From NCBI GenBank assembly GCA_963677435.1, contig OY781945.1, positions 1,120,001-1,184,000 of the forward strand: a stretch of DNA of 64,000 nt. Reading direction: 5' to 3'. The translations under genes were made by a program, and so were the position numbers. The notes under the pieces were generated by a model. It was not told the origin of the DNA. It was given only the letters and a program-made list of their open reading frames with translations, and searched no databases. Of the stretch, positions 63,273 to 64,000 are shown piece by piece. How positions within the stretch are numbered: the first letter of the stretch is position 1; the number at the start of each line of letters is the position of its first letter. This stretch comes from an uncultured Aliarcobacter sp. Lineage in GTDB: Bacteria; Campylobacterota; Campylobacteria; Campylobacterales; Arcobacteraceae.

Positions 63273-64000
63273 ATGAAAAAAGTTGCTTTTATTTTTCCTG
63301 GACAAGGAAGTCAAACTATAGGTATGGGAAAAGATTTTTTTGATAATAGTGATATAGCAAAAGTAATGATTTCAAAAGCTAGTGAGAGATTAGGAATTGA
63401 CTTTGAAAAACTTTTATTTGAAGAGAATGAAAATATTGGAAAAACAGAATTTACTCAACCTGCTATTTTATTAGTTAGCTCTATTGCAAATGCTATTTTT
63501 AAAGAGAAATGTGACATTACACCTACATTTGTTTTAGGACATTCCTTAGGTGAATTTTCTGCTTTAGTATCAGCAGGTGGAATTGATTATTTAGATGCCA
63601 TTGAATTAGTTCATAAAAGAGGTTTATTTATGACTGATGCTTGTTCTGGTGGTGGAGCTGGAATGATGGCATTAGTTGGAATTGATGATGCAAGTGTTGA
63701 AAAAATTTGTGATGAGCAAAGATCTTTAGGTAAAAAAGTATGGCCAGCAAATTATAATATGGATGGACAATTAGTTCTTGCAGGTATTAAAGCAGATTTA
63801 GAATCATTAGTTGATACATTTAAAACAGCTGGTGCTAAAAGAGCAATTGTTTTAGATATGTCAGTAGCAAGTCACTGTGAATTATTAACAAGTGCCGTTG
63901 AAAACTTAAATCCATATTTAGAAAAATTTATAAAAGATGAATTTGCTCCTGTTATTTCAAATGTAACGGCACAAGCATATACAACAAAAGCTGAAGCAAT
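63273..64000 (+). CDS. fabD: Malonyl-CoA-ACP transacylase, 5' part (runs off window)
   Basis: MKKVAFIFPGQGSQ, TQPA, GHSLGE read from the DNA. Confidence 0.95.
   Translation, partial: MKKVAFIFPGQGSQTIGMGKDFFDNSDIAKVMISKASERLGIDFEKLLFEENENIGKTEFTQPAILLVSSIANAIFKEKCDITPTFVLGHSLGEFSALVSAGGIDYLDAIELVHKRGLFMTDACSGGGAGMMALVGIDDASVEKICDEQRSLGKKVWPANYNMDGQLVLAGIKADLESLVDTFKTAGAKRAIVLDMSVASHCELLTSAVENLNPYLEKFIKDEFAPVISNVTAQAYTTKAEA

Overview
AT-rich Campylobacterota chromosome segment. Gene content and order (rpmH-rnpA-yidD-yidC-jag-mnmE, aroC-rnc-dnaG, rplU-rpmA-obgE-proB-fmt, birA-parAB-atpF'FHAGDC-tol/pal-slyD-fabD) are most consistent with Arcobacteraceae. Most of the window is housekeeping, but 14.1-26.8 kb holds two integrated elements. 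Each entered the first ~15 codons of a housekeeping gene at its catalytic motif and rebuilt the 5' end. (1) A decayed ~6.5 kb island in msrA (28-bp direct repeat) carries a tandemly duplicated MBOAT O-acyltransferase + SGNH-like cassette. The second MBOAT copy has three separate in-frame internal deletions, and integrase/Rep relics lie alongside. (2) An apparently intact ~4.3 kb minimal element in rnhB (20/21-bp att repeat, 24/25-bp arm repeats) encodes a tyrosine integrase, an HTH protein and a divergent Rep_trans-like protein next to a GC hairpin. Hidden features read from the DNA: a relic of a deleted rnhA upstream of rnc, rnpA with an ATT start, HAIR plus CIRCE operators at the clpB promoter, a frameshifted DUF1272 gene and two His-less pseudokinases. 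All family calls come from motif recognition; no database searches were run.
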